A DNA stretch of 64,000 nucleotides from Amphiscolops sp. MND2022 (Eukaryota), in NCBI GenBank assembly GCA_964187785.1, contig OZ076409.1, positions 20,896,001-20,960,000 on the forward strand, in the 5' to 3' direction. Shown here in pieces: positions 38,287 to 50,999 of the stretch. The first letter of the stretch is position 1, and every line of letters begins with the position of its first letter. Made by a program: the position numbers and the translations under genes. The notes under the pieces were generated by a model. The model saw only the letters and a program-made list of their open reading frames with translations. It did no database searches and was not told the DNA's origin.

Positions 38287-40990
38287 ATGTCGTCAGAGAA
38301 GGAGTTGCCAAAATCCACTACTCCTGGTGTTAATGGAGATAATGCCACTGAAGGGCTGAGACAAGAGATTGGTGAAGTAGTTGACATTGCTCGTCCTTTA
38401 TCCCGGACGTCTATATCTAGCCGGTCCACAGAAGAAAACGTGTCTGCTTTCATTGAAAGTACAGTCTCTCCCATGACATTGCCGATACCGCATGCCTGTT
38501 GTCACATTCCTGCCTGCTCCGAGCCCTACGGTGGTTACTTCGACGGCACAGGTTGACCTTTCGAAAGCATCAGTTTCCGATCCTAATATTGTAAATCAGG
38601 ACACGACCAAAGGAGGATCTGACCCCGCTGTCAGAGAGGAAGTGACGTCCCAATTTGAAGCAGCACCATTGTCTGCCGATACTACCAAACGTTGACGATT
38701 TATTAGAAAGTTCTGGAGTTGACGCATTTCGTCGTGTTACGTCCACTATGGCATGGGATCCGACTGCTTTTCCCGATTTTGAAGGAGAATTTCGGGAAGA
38801 ATCTGGCCACAGTCACACTGAGCAGGAGCAACACCGTGCTAAGGTTGCAAGCACAGTTAGGCAATTAACTTCAAAGGAAGGTCCGTTATTCGGAAATACT
38901 TTACCGCTGCCACGCACGTCCAATTACCAGCTGGTCACACTACTGTTGCCTTTAATGAAGACCAAGTGCACACCGTCCTCCGCACAATTGCTGATGAATC
39001 CGTGATATCCTCTCATCACATGATGAAGTCCCTCCACGCCACGCGCGGTGCCCCACAGGACAAGAAGAGAAGCCTATCTCGGCGTTGTGCCACGCCTGCA
39101 TGCCAACCCCATGGTAGTTCGGAGGACGAAAGCAGCCTAGGGGGACACGCCACTGATGGGTACACTAGTGGAGCAATTAACTCGGACGAAGATCCATATC
39201 AGCTTGGGTTTCATCTCAGGGCGTAAGCGAAGCTGATCCAGCAACAATTGTTCTCGAGGCACCCCTTGGGCTTGATCCCAGTACATCCCGAGCTGAAGTT
39301 ACCACGCCAATTTCTGGAGACGGGTACAGCACTGCTGACCACCAACCGTTTTCGGTCCTAAGGCGGTCAAGGGAAACTGATATTCCCTCAGTCAGTAGCC
39401 CTCGAAAGAGGAGACGATTGCTCAGCAAGCCAGGAAAGTTTATGAAAGATGCGTACTTCAAGGGCATCCAGTGGACGCGGACCTTTGTGCCTGGACCTCT
39501 CGACCCCGTCCACAACAAGTTCAAATTCTATTGTATGCTGTGCAAGACCAATGTATCTATTTATTCGAAGGGCGCTAGAGAGATTCTGCGACACTACAGG
39601 ACAGAAGGCCATTTGAGAAAGGATCAAAAAAGTGGAGGTATGTCCTCTTGCAGGAAACAGACGAAGTTACTGGAATCGTCACGCATTATGTCAGGGGCAA
39701 GGACGTTTACGTCCTAACTCCCGTCGAGTTGGAAAAGGAGAAGTTTTTCTTCATGGATGTCCCCCTCGTTGAGGCAGGGGACCAATTCCCGTTTAATGAA
39801 GACTACATGGCCAATATAGGAGGGATTACCAATCCAGACGATTTGAGAACCATCGCCTTGATTTCCCTTATCGGCACTTTCGTACCCAAAGATGGAAATT
39901 TCTCTCTGTTGCAGAGCGTTTGGACGAAGGTTGGACAGTTCACTAACCATCAGGCCTCATTTTCCTCCTTTGACTGGGGATCTGTTACTCTTACCGTCAG
40001 TGTTTCTTCTTCCTTGTCGCTCCAATTGATAGCCGCACCGGGTTTACTGTTTCTGAATCCTTATCATTCTTTCCTTTCTGTTTCAGAATATCTTTCATCA
40101 TATCTTCATGTGTGGGCTCTCTGACATCTCTGGACATGTCGTCGCCAGCGATTTGTATTCATTGAGTTTAGAACTCAGGGGGTTCATCGCCGCATGTTAA
40201 TTCGCTTCTGGAAGGACGATATACTGACCAGAGTTGAACTGTGTTGTCACCATCAAGGAGAGATTTACCCTGATTGTTATCTGGCTGCGATATCTCACTT
40301 GTTATCCTTCATCTCATCCAAGCCTAGTTTGGTCAGCGTCTCCGTATGTTCTTCCATGGTCTTCCGTGCTCTAGAGACGTGTGGCCTTTACAAAAATGGG
40401 ATACAATACCCGTTCAGTTTCGAAGTTTTTTTGCCCTCCAAGAACCTATGCAACCGAATGTTCTGCAGACCAAGCATGTCTTTGGACGTATCGACATGTT
40501 CTCACAACTCAAAAATCCGGTCGTTTTCTTGCGAGGATGCCAGAGCCAGCCCTGGGCCCTTCAGTGTCCCGAGCTTTGCAAGGTTTCTTTCTTATCTCAT
40601 TTTCTTTCATAATCTGATCTTATGTTCTCTGCTATGTAGACCTGTAGTCACTACTTTCCTTCGTCATAGTCGAAGGCCAGCGCTCCAGTACTATTCTGTT
40701 TTCCATTTGCAGGTCTCAGCCTCGTGTGACATACAGTTGAGGAAGATCCCATCTTTGTGTTCCGAACTCATCAAACATTGGAAGGCCATCTTTGAGTTCA
40801 TGGCGAAGGCGGCCCACCACAAGTGTTGCAGGGAGTCAAAAATAAAGTTCGTACACCTTTGGTTTTCTATTTTGCATTTAGTCCGGATTAGTATTCCAGT
40901 CCTTCAATTTGGTCAAAGATTTCCCTGCTCCCCTTTTGCCCTTTTCATTTCAGCCACAAAGTCTGGAATGGGTGATAGTCCAAGATGACT
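38287..40990 (+). pseudogene. Frameshifted, intron-containing hAT-like transposase gene
   Basis: Overlapping + ORF fragments run from MSSEKELPKS through an NLS (PRKRRR) to a BED-like finger FYCMLCKTNVSIYSKGAREILRHYRTEGH. Probable intron at about 39996-40086 (gtcagt...tttcag), then LYSLSL...MLIRFW and LIKHWKAIFEF segments. Catalytic DDE residues are not confidently identifiable. Confidence 0.5.
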
Positions 40991-41069
40991 TCTTGACCGT
41001 CAAGCTCGAGTTTTTCTCTCACTTAGTTCGAGATTGTTAGTTGTTTTTTCATAACCATGTAACTCATTA

Positions 41070-41642
41070 AAGTGCACAGGCAAGCCTTATTTGCTCAAAG
41101 CGCAACATTGTGCTTTCAATATCTCGGATTCCACGACCATACCTTTAACCGTGCAAAATTGGCAAATTACGTCATTTGTCCCGGATTCCACGGATTTCGT
41201 CGTGGATTCCAGTAACAAATGCTTAGCTGTACGCACTGTCGGCATGCAGCGGTGTCCCGGATTCCACAAAAACGTAAGTTTTGCAAAATGAACCAGTCAG
41301 AATGCAGAAATCATAAATTTCCTGGATTCCACGACTTTATGCTTGACGCGATACGCGGCATCTCTTCTTGAATTAAATTCAAGTGGATGACTGAACAAAC
41401 ATCATATTATGCACTACTTTTCGTATTTTAACTCAAAATGATTCAGACAAACACACCAATATCACACAAGTTTTCGTATTTTTCGAAGTTAAGTCCAGTT
41501 TTGAACAAACTGCCAAGCACTATCGTGGAATCCAAGACACGCTTAACTGCAAAGAGAAATTTTGTCCTGGATTCCACGACTTTTCTAAATTTTCGTGTCC
41601 CGTATTCCACGAAAAGCAGCAAAATAGCTTGCCTGTGCACTG
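41070..41642. mobile_element. MITE with 15-16-bp TIRs and TA flanks (Tc1/mariner-like)
   Basis: agtgcacaggcaagc (41071-41085) and gcttgcctgtgcact (41627-41641), with TA on both sides. About 8 internal ggattccac(g) motifs. Confidence 0.8.
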
Positions 41643-42078
41643 TAACGCTCTGGTTTTCTCCTTTTCACTTATCTGCCTTACTCGGCTTCTGTACCATACG
41701 ATGCATATCTAGTGCGTTATCAGCTTAGGTCATTGTGTTTCATAGTTTTGTTGAATCCATTACTTGTTTAGACACCAAGTGTTTTGAACGCAGTCTCTCC
41801 GGGCGACGGGATGCCACTCTGTTCGGATACGGACAAAATTGTCGTTTTATCCGTAGGATGTGCCACAGAGCATTCCTCCCCAAGTGTAAACACGATGATG
41901 TCGAGTGGACCCAACTTCTCCAACTGTGCCCTGATGACTTGAAGCAACTGTCCAGTCAAGATTTTTTGGGCCGGCTGAAATTGACGACCGACATGGACCA
42001 AGCTTGACGCGCTAAAATAAAGCGGAACCAGGATGACAGGAAACCGAGGCAACCTAGTCTTGACGACCTCATTGCCAA

Positions 42079-42110
42079 AGAGAGAGTGAGAGAGAGAAAG
42101 AGAGAGAGAG
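42079..42110. repeat. (GA)n microsatellite
   Basis: agagagagtgagagagagaaagagagagagag. Confidence 0.9.
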
Positions 42111-44701
42111 GTTTGGAGTTGAGGCCCGGGGTTACGTAGTGTCTTTGTTAGAATCCCTACTGCATAACATTCATTTCACTGCCAACATTGTTCACGGAAC
42201 GGGTTGCTTCGATCCTCTGATGTGACATACTTTGCGTTCATAAATTCCATTTACGGCACGTGATTGTTAATACCTCCCCTATATTCAATAGTTTTAAGGT
42301 CACGGAACAAAGTCACCGGTAAAAATTCAAACACATATTTGGAAACCATCATTCCTTTCATGATATTTCTCAAAGCATCATCATCAGTCAAAATATGGTA
42401 AGTATGTAATTAACAAGTCAGACAGGTGGTAGCACACACAGCCTAACTATTCACTGGTTACTATAAATTCTTAATAAGCATGTTCATGGAATTATTTTGA
42501 TATGCCGAGTGCGGCCACCAGACTAAATGAAATGAGTCTTTCATCATTGGCCGGATTAGGACCAAAGACTGGAACGCTCACTCATGACTTCATACTAGTA
42601 ATAATTGCATCAAACGACAACAATGATGTTCTTTATTCAAAAGGTGATTATCATACTAATTCCATGCATACAAATAACATCACTATTAGATTAACAACGT
42701 CTCAGGCGTTTAAATATTGCGCGCGACCGAAACCGGTCATTTGCTTGATATTGAAGAAAGCACGAGCTGAGATTGGTCAAGTGTCCTCAACCGGCAAGCG
42801 GTGGCAGTACATTCTATCACTAACAGAGGCCTGTGATTGGTTGATGAAAGTTGTTGAGCGTTGACGTCGCGAAATTATAGGAGTACATTTGAGCACGTTT
42901 CCGTTTTGCTTTGCAGTCAAATTTTACATCGATTTTATACAATCCAATTACATTTACAACAACTTGAACAATCTATCAACGTTAACCGACTAATACTTTA
43001 ATATTCTAAAATAACAACTTGTAAAAGGGCACTAACTAAAAGTCATTTGGAAAAACAAGTTTAATGTTACTAGCAGTAAAGTTTTACTCCTAGTAAGTAG
43101 AGAGTGTATCTGGCACAATACCTTGTCCGTCCGCTGTTGTTGTAATCATTGATCTGTCACAGGTGGCAGCCTGCGACAACCACTGAATTGACAGATTTCT
43201 TTTAGCAAGTCACTTGGCCTACGGGTTATCGCAAATGAGATCCACTCCTTCGATTTTCAGCCGAAACAAAGCTTTGTGCGAGCATAAATGGCCAAATTAG
43301 GTTTTTTCGGCACTATGCGACTTACTGATGATTTTGAAAAGAAAATAAAAAAATTACTACATAATTTTCAGTTTTCTTGAGATTTTCTGTTAAAGAGGTA
43401 TTTTCCGAGTCTTAAGGGTGACCTCTTTTTTGTTCATGTTAAATTGATGAGTTCTTCAATATTTGTGGAAAAAACCTATGGCTTTTCTCGGCACTCTGTG
43501 ATTTTTCGAGTGTATCACTTTAGATATATTTTGACACTGTCCATTTGAAGAACTTTTTGCAATAGTGGAAACTCATAATACTTTTCTGTGTTTTGAAAAC
43601 TGATAAGCGTAGGATGCGCCTAATAAAAAGGACACCAACTTCGGACAGATTTTTTGAGATTTTGATTGAACTTCACCGCAAAAATTGGTCGCAAAAACGC
43701 AAACAAGTACAAATATACAGGAACAGTTCTTTCTGACGAAAAACTTTCAAAATTTAATAATTCATTGTACATTACATATACGCAAGGAAAAGTGCACTAA
43801 CACAATAATCTTTCAAAATGATTTCATTTCAAGCCATAAGCATTGGAAGACCTGAATTCTTTTCAGACAACTTTCTTCCAACTTTTTCCAGAGGGTATTT
43901 TTTCAAGCACGATAAATTGTCTCTGTAGAGTAGCTGTTCGTTTCAAAACAAAAAACCCGAAACGTAAAACCAATTCTTCTTTTGATCTATTGCACTTACC
44001 AGGCAATACTTTTCATCCTGTTCAGATTATACGTCAGAAAAACTAACGTCAGCAATGAAGATGGCGGAAGCGTGAACAAGCTAGACTGCCTGATTACCTT
44101 AATTTCAATGGCCTAATGTGCGTCACTAATCGGTAAACCAATGACGTCTTATGTTATTGACGAAATATCAGGCGGAATAAATCGAAAAAAAAGTCGAGTC
44201 GTTCCGTTCAAACTCAAACATTGATTTCACTTGATTGCTCAAAGAACGTTTTGATCAGAGAATCAATAAAAAATTCCAATGAAAAAATAATTGTCAAAAA
44301 TAAATAAAACTTTCCTCTTTTCGCATTTCTTCCAATATTTGGGGAAACTTGATCATTCTTTCTAACTAGTGGTGGTTTATTTCGTTTCGTGAGACACTAC
44401 CGATTTGTTGAATTTCATAATTATGGAAAAATTTTGTAGATGTAATCCAATAGATTAGAATTCCGTTTTATATTTTTGATGAGGCAAATATGTAGCAAAA
44501 AGCCGGGACATTGCGTTTATGAAAAGTTTACCAAAGAAAATACAGTACAATATCTCAAGTTGCATCTCTTTGATCTCATGCAGTAATTGACCTTGTAACT
44601 TGAGTCGAAATGTATAACAATTAATCAAATGGACCATTCAATGTGAACTTTGTGGCTTAGAGAAAAAGCTCACTGAGAATGTCGTGTATTTTTTCTCAAA
44701 A

Positions 44702-45351
44702 CCCAGGTTTCCGATCTTTGTGAATCTGTGCAGATCTGCTGGATTTTTGAAGATCTTTGCAAATATGCGCAGATTCGAAGAAAATTGACCTACTCAGGAA
44801 CACAATAAAAACCTCACAGCAATGTCCAACGAATAATAAAAATGTTTAAAACTCGAGAGAAATCTCATTTATGTCAAAATGATGAAACATTTTTCTGCAG
44901 CAATTTGTATAGATCTGTAGAGATTACAGATCTAAACAATGACCAATAAATTACTATAACGTATTCCGAATTACCAGATGGTGATTCATCACTACTACAC
45001 TTACTAAATTTACTCAAACGAACCGTGTGCATTCTCCAGTCACCAACATTACCGTGATGGGGTCAAATTTTCTTTCTCGAGAATTTTTAGTGATCAAAAG
45101 TATCAACTGACTGAGCCTTGGTCAGCCGAAATAGTTGATAAAGTGAAGAAGTTCAAAAATGCAGTATATTGATTCCTTAGAAGCTGCAGAAAAACAAGTT
45201 TCTGCAGAAATCTTTGAAGAAAATCTGCACACTTCTGTAAAGATCCTGCAGATCTGTATGGAACTTCAAGATTCAGTGCAACGATCTTTGCAGAAAGATG
45301 CAGAAAAAATTCTGCAGATCTGCACAGATTTGCAATGATCGAAAACCTGGG
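44702..45351. mobile_element. MITE with ~38-bp imperfect TIRs (CCCAG termini, possible AA TSD; CACTA/EnSpm-like)
   Basis: cccaggtttccgatctttgtgaatctgtgcagatctgc vs gcagatctgcacagatttgcaatgatcgaaaacctggg. Many subterminal gcagatct motifs. Confidence 0.8.
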
Positions 45352-47549
45352 AAATGTACCGAATAAAAATTTTGCGATTATAAAATGATAAAGGTTGAAA
45401 TAAAAATTATTCTTTATTCTTGTTCGCAAACTTAGAAACGTTCTTCGAACACTAGCTCTTTGATGCATTTTTCATCAAATGTGGCATTTAAAGATGAAAA
45501 TCAAATCGCAAAAACTGGCATGCTTAATTGAGTAAAATTACTTGGAGAAAGAACTTTTTCTGAAATGACTTCAGTATGCGGAAAACAAGAATCGTGTAAA
45601 GTGTCGCATTTGAATCATTGGATCGGAGGTTATCACGTGGACCCCGCAGAAGTTTCGTCGCCAGAAAAACTAGTCGTCAGAAATATTAGTCATCAGAATT
45701 CTTGTCTTGTTTTCAATTGTCCAATTATTGAATTCAGATCTCAGCTTCATTACCAGTAACATTGAGAGCAAAGGGTAGTTGCATGTAATTTAATCAACAA
45801 GACGACGCTCACGGAGCAACGAGATATTTTCCGGATTCAAATATTTTCATTTCCGTTGTCTTAAGAAATGAAAAATCTCATTCTAAGCTCGGGGAATAAT
45901 TTTTTTCATTCTTTTCCTCCTACTAGATTTGCTGAAAAGTTTTTTTCCTCTTGGAATTGAGGTTAAGGTGAGTTTCTGTGCGTGGGGAGTGTTTCTCTCA
46001 GCGTACGAGACTTCGCTGAATCAATTTTTTAATTGCTTGGAAATGTATAGAGGACACCAAAAGGTGAAAAATTTGTGAAAGTATTGGAATTAAAATATTC
46101 GAAACTATACCAGAAACTTCAAGTTTGAAATTTTTTTCAGGGTGATGGTTTTGGATCCAAATACAACTTTTATTTTGTTCGCACTATTTCACCCTAAAAA
46201 TTCATCCATTCGTGATTATGAAATCAACATCTTACTTTTTCGAGTTACAAAAAGCAGTTAATTCGAACACAATCACAGTTAAAACGTTTGAAAATTATTT
46301 TGTTCAAGAGAAGAGAGAACCTTTTCTTATAGAAGTTAACTTTCTGTTGTAGAAAACTGATTCACTTTTAATTCGGCCAGTTTGAAAAAATTTAGCAAAT
46401 TTTCCATATGAAGTGTTGATGGTGGGGGAAAACAAAAAAATTTCTGACGACAAAAGTTGTGGCAATCCCCACGTTACCTCTAGGTTATGTCAATAGTACC
46501 AATAACATGGCCAAAATGTCCTCTAAACAAGATGATTATGTGAAAATAAACACAAAAATTACCTTGATAGCATGGAGCTCCAAGTTGAATTGATTCTAGT
46601 TAACAAATCGCAAATCAGATCGGAAATCATAACTTTCAGGTTCAGTTTCCAATGGCAAAAAAAATTACATGTTATAACCGACAGCTTTCCAACCAATGTA
46701 TCACATGACTAAAGAAGCTAGCAAATCAATTTCGTCGACTTACAATTAGACTTGGGCTAAACGGAATAAAAATGCATGTATCCGTCTTACTCGACATGCA
46801 TACTTAATGTCGGTTTGAAAAAATACAACTGAAAACTGAACCTCCTTTCTACTTCACATGAAACGCATGGTTTATTGCTGCAATATACTTTTAAAAACAG
46901 CGGGAGTCATTTTGCTTGACAGGATCTAGTGCAATCACAACTTGAGCCAATACAAAATGTAACGGCAAGCTGTGATCGGTCGCAAACGCGCTAACTGAGG
47001 TGGAGGAACCTGCCGAAATGGGTGTATTGATCGGGACAGGCGCCAATCGCCAAAGCTCCATTTTGCGTCCAGGGGTGAAATACGTCCCGAGGATGCTTCG
47101 ACGAATACTGTCCAACTGGTCCTAGTCTTCGGTTGCTAATAAAAACGGACAAGTCTTCGATTGCTAATAATAACGGGCATCTTCCTGACTCTCTACAGAT
47201 CATCGCTTGACTAGCACATAGAAATAATGCCAAGAAGGAGGTCAAAAAATACTTCAAAAGTAGTCGAAAAATACTTCAAAAATTTAGTCGAAATGTTGGG
47301 GAAACAATATATCAGTTAACTGTTTTTTGTTTAAATGCCTTTTGTATTGTTGTAATTCAAGAATATCGGCAAATGTATGATGGAAATATATTGTATATAA
47401 TAGACAAAAATTGCAACCACACTTTTATTGTTAAAACTGTGTATCATGAGCAATGGATTCAGTGTTTGAAAAATATATCCTTTTATCATCATGAAAACTT
47501 GAACCATTTTTCTATAGCGATTGCACTATAAGTTCATGATGATCGGATT

Positions 47550-47708
47550 CTATTCCATAACAAGTCATATAGGTTGTTATAGTGATAAATAAATTATTTT
47601 CATATTCGAGAAGTGAAGAGTGTTCTTGTATTCCGTAACAAGTCCTATAGGTTGTTATAGTGATAAATAAATTATTTTCATATTCGAGATGTGAAGAGTG
47701 TTCTTGTA
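47550..47708. repeat. 78-bp tandem duplication inside the PolB remnant
   Basis: QEHSS(H/L)LEYENNLFITITTY(R/M)TCYGI appears twice in ORF 47512-47871. Confidence 0.9.
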
Positions 47709-49032
47709 ATCCATTTTGAGTTGCTACTTCTTTATCACCAACTTCATATGCATCTGATTTACTTCTTAGACATATAAAAGTATTGATTACTTTATTAGCA
47801 GATATTTCCATTTTGTCTCCTCCTATTACGTTTTTGGTACTCGGATCATACAGAGCATGGTTTTTATCCATTTTACTAAAATTCCAATCATCTTTTTTGT
47901 ATTTGAGACGCTTATAAGACTTTGTGCATCTGCTTTAAAACTAAGGACAAAAGAATCAGTATCCATAAGAATTAATTGCTGTTTTTACCCAATTGTGGTT
48001 GTGAAGTAAAAATAATAAAAGTCATACAATAATAAACTAATTATTTCTAAAACAGAGAACCTCCATTTATTAGTTTATTAAATTTCATATCTATAAATAT
48101 TAATACATTTATCTATAAACTTATATAAATATTAAACGTAGGAGATTTCTGTTTAGAAATTCTGTCAAATGATAGTTTAGAATGTCTTTCTACAATACTT
48201 TCGATGACAAGACAAAATAAAAGCTAAGTTTGTTCTTTGTCTTACATTTTCCATAGTCCTAACAAGGAAAGAATTGTTCATTAGTTTTTAAAAATCTATT
48301 TCAAAGTTAGTTTCTGCTTTGGTTCTCTGTTGGGTCTTTTGATTTAAGTATTTTGCTTATCACGCACTTTGTCTGAACCTGTATGTTGTGTGTATTTTTG
48401 TTACTTTCAACCCCATATTGACGTAAAACTTAAGAAACCCATACTGCATATTATAACTTTTTTATTGTGATGATTACATACTAATTTCGATGCTGATTCG
48501 TATTTTTCAGGTTGAAGGGTGTTCATGAGGTGTGTAGAAATTTTGAAATTGAATTTTGTTTGTTAAGGACTAAGGGGGAAGCTTTGAGACTTGTCTTTAC
48601 TTTCAACTGGATATTCCACATCATATTCTATTCAGAATCCACCCTCATTGTTGTCTGGAATCATCAACAAATCTTCTACGACGTAATGATGCTCATGAGC
48701 AAAAAATAACTTTTCGAATTCGATAGTACGAAGTCATTGACTTTATGCCCATGCGTCTAGAATAATAGCATCAAAAACATTTTTTTATTATTATCCGATT
48801 CAACATACCTATCACCCATCCCACCGAAAAATCCTCCACGAATGTTGTTTTCTAATAGTAATGGTAGGTGTTTATATTTCAAAAAATCTGACTTGATTAT
48901 ACACAAGTTCAAACCACCTTACCATGCATAACCTGGTAATGAAAAACTTTACAAAGGATTGATACCGTTTTGTTGTGTAGATTTTTCCACCAAGTTTCCA
49001 AATACATCAGCTAATTGAAGAACGTCCATTTT

Positions 49033-49451
49033 TAGTCGGCGCATTTTCCTTCTGAGGAAAAATGCCCGCCTATAGCAGTCACTTTTTTTCTTCAGACCAC
49101 AGAGGTCACCTTGATCGGTCCACGTTTCACAAAAACTACTAAAAGTACTGAAACCAAGTACGGCCACTGCAAAACATAGTCCCTTTCATTTTTTACTTTT
49201 TCAGGGTAACCTGCAAAACAGGCCTAAAACCGATTTTTCGGAACTGTGCAATTTTTTTCGAGAAATTCTTCAAGGATTCAAAAAGGTCCCACTTCGGGAT
49301 TTTTGATATTTTGCAACTGATTGTATGTTACTAAATCCAGTAAGGCTCTCCTTTTTTAGTTTTGGCACTGTGCGACATTTTCTGAAACAAAAATGATTTC
49401 TGCTTTTTGAGCCTTAGATATAGAGCCGACTTTAGAAGTTCTCGTCTTGTT
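49033..49451 (+). mobile_element. Complete HINE-like family B copy inserted into the PolB remnant
   Basis: 5' tagtcggcgc and 3' subterminal gagccgact form an inverted repeat. Ends gtcttg(tt). It sits in a T run and interrupts the KYL...DVLQLADVF polymerase motif. Confidence 0.75.
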
Positions 49452-50999
49452 GAACACAACAAAGATACTTCTTTTCTAGTTTTATATCAGCCTTTTTTAA
49501 AATTTCTTGTGTGCGGTGACTTACGTCATCCGCTGGTTGTTCAAGTATTGATAAAAAGTCTTCTTTGTTTAAAATTAGTGGACTAACTGCTGCAATCTGA
49601 TTGGCTGACAAGGTTCCGACCGAAACGAAGTCCGATCGCACTTGAAAAAAAAACATTTACCACCTTCCCCAAGACGACCTAATTTCTTTCTTAGTAATTC
49701 ATCTTCGAAGTTATTTGAATCCATAATGGGAAAGGTTTATAATATTTGGGTAATTTGCATAAGTAACTGTATATAGACCTATTTGAACCTAAAACCCTCA
49801 AATAACCAACTTGGCCTGATACATAAATTTTCATTGACTTTGCTATTATATCCTATGTTTATCCTGATTCAAATAATTTTGTTAGTTGTTGTTCAAGAAT
49901 TAAACGAGAATCATACCCAGAAAAGCTATGGAAAAACAGAGGAACAAAGCTTGAACTAATTTGTTCACAGTTGAGATAACACTTATTATGAGCTGCTCCT
50001 CTGTTTTTTTTCTGTTAGATGATCATGATCCACAACCTTATCTAATGTCAAGTAGTTCTTCACACAACTAACACACCTTGGGTTGTTGGAATTTTCTTCA
50101 TCTCGAGGAGTCATCTGGGGTGGTATAATAGTTTTTTAATTATCTGCTGCGTTTTTTCTTAATTAACGTTTCATTAGCAAACCAACTACACTTTTTGTTC
50201 CGAAATTTGAGCAAAGTTGATTTCCCAATGGTGATATATTTTTACTAACAGCAGTAGGTTCTCGTTTGAAAAAACTTTTTGTTTGATTCTTTGTTTTATC
50301 TTGAATGCATTATTGCATTCAAAATCAACTTTCGCGCGGAATGTTTTTGGTATTTTCATAAACTAATCGAGCAAGTCTCGACACTTGAGTTTTGGGAAAC
50401 TAATTCCTGATTCCTTCATCTTTTTATGTGATCATTCAGGATGTCTTCTGACCTAAATGCTGTTAAACAATTTCTACACAGTTTCATGTAAGGTGTGTAA
50501 GAATGTGTAAGGTTGTAATTAGACATTAATGGTATTCAAATAACAGCTTTTTCATTTGTTATTGATCATAGACTGTACTAAAATGATCTGTTGTAGCACT
50601 GTTTTGTTCAACTGAAAGACTTTTATATATAAATTGTTTAGATTTTCAAACTGGGAATATCTTCCACTTTCAATGGAAATTATAACCCTTGTATCTTTAG
50701 TGTAGATAATTTTTTGGAATAGTTGGTTGTTCTTTTTTATGACCCTTAACTGGGTAAAGATGGTCTAAGATATACAACAGTAAACAGAACTAATCGTCAT
50801 TTTTTATTTTTTGATGATTGATTTATTGTTATTGTATTTTAGTGGTAACTCAACTAAAGAGCCAGCTGCTATATCGTGGGTTTTATAAAGTTCAACAAAC
50901 AATTTAGGTTTTCTTTTATCAAATCATGAGCCTTTCAATTGTTCATCGTCTATTTGTTGTTCAAGGCAAATAGACGTAAGCGGTATATCATGGTGTAAA

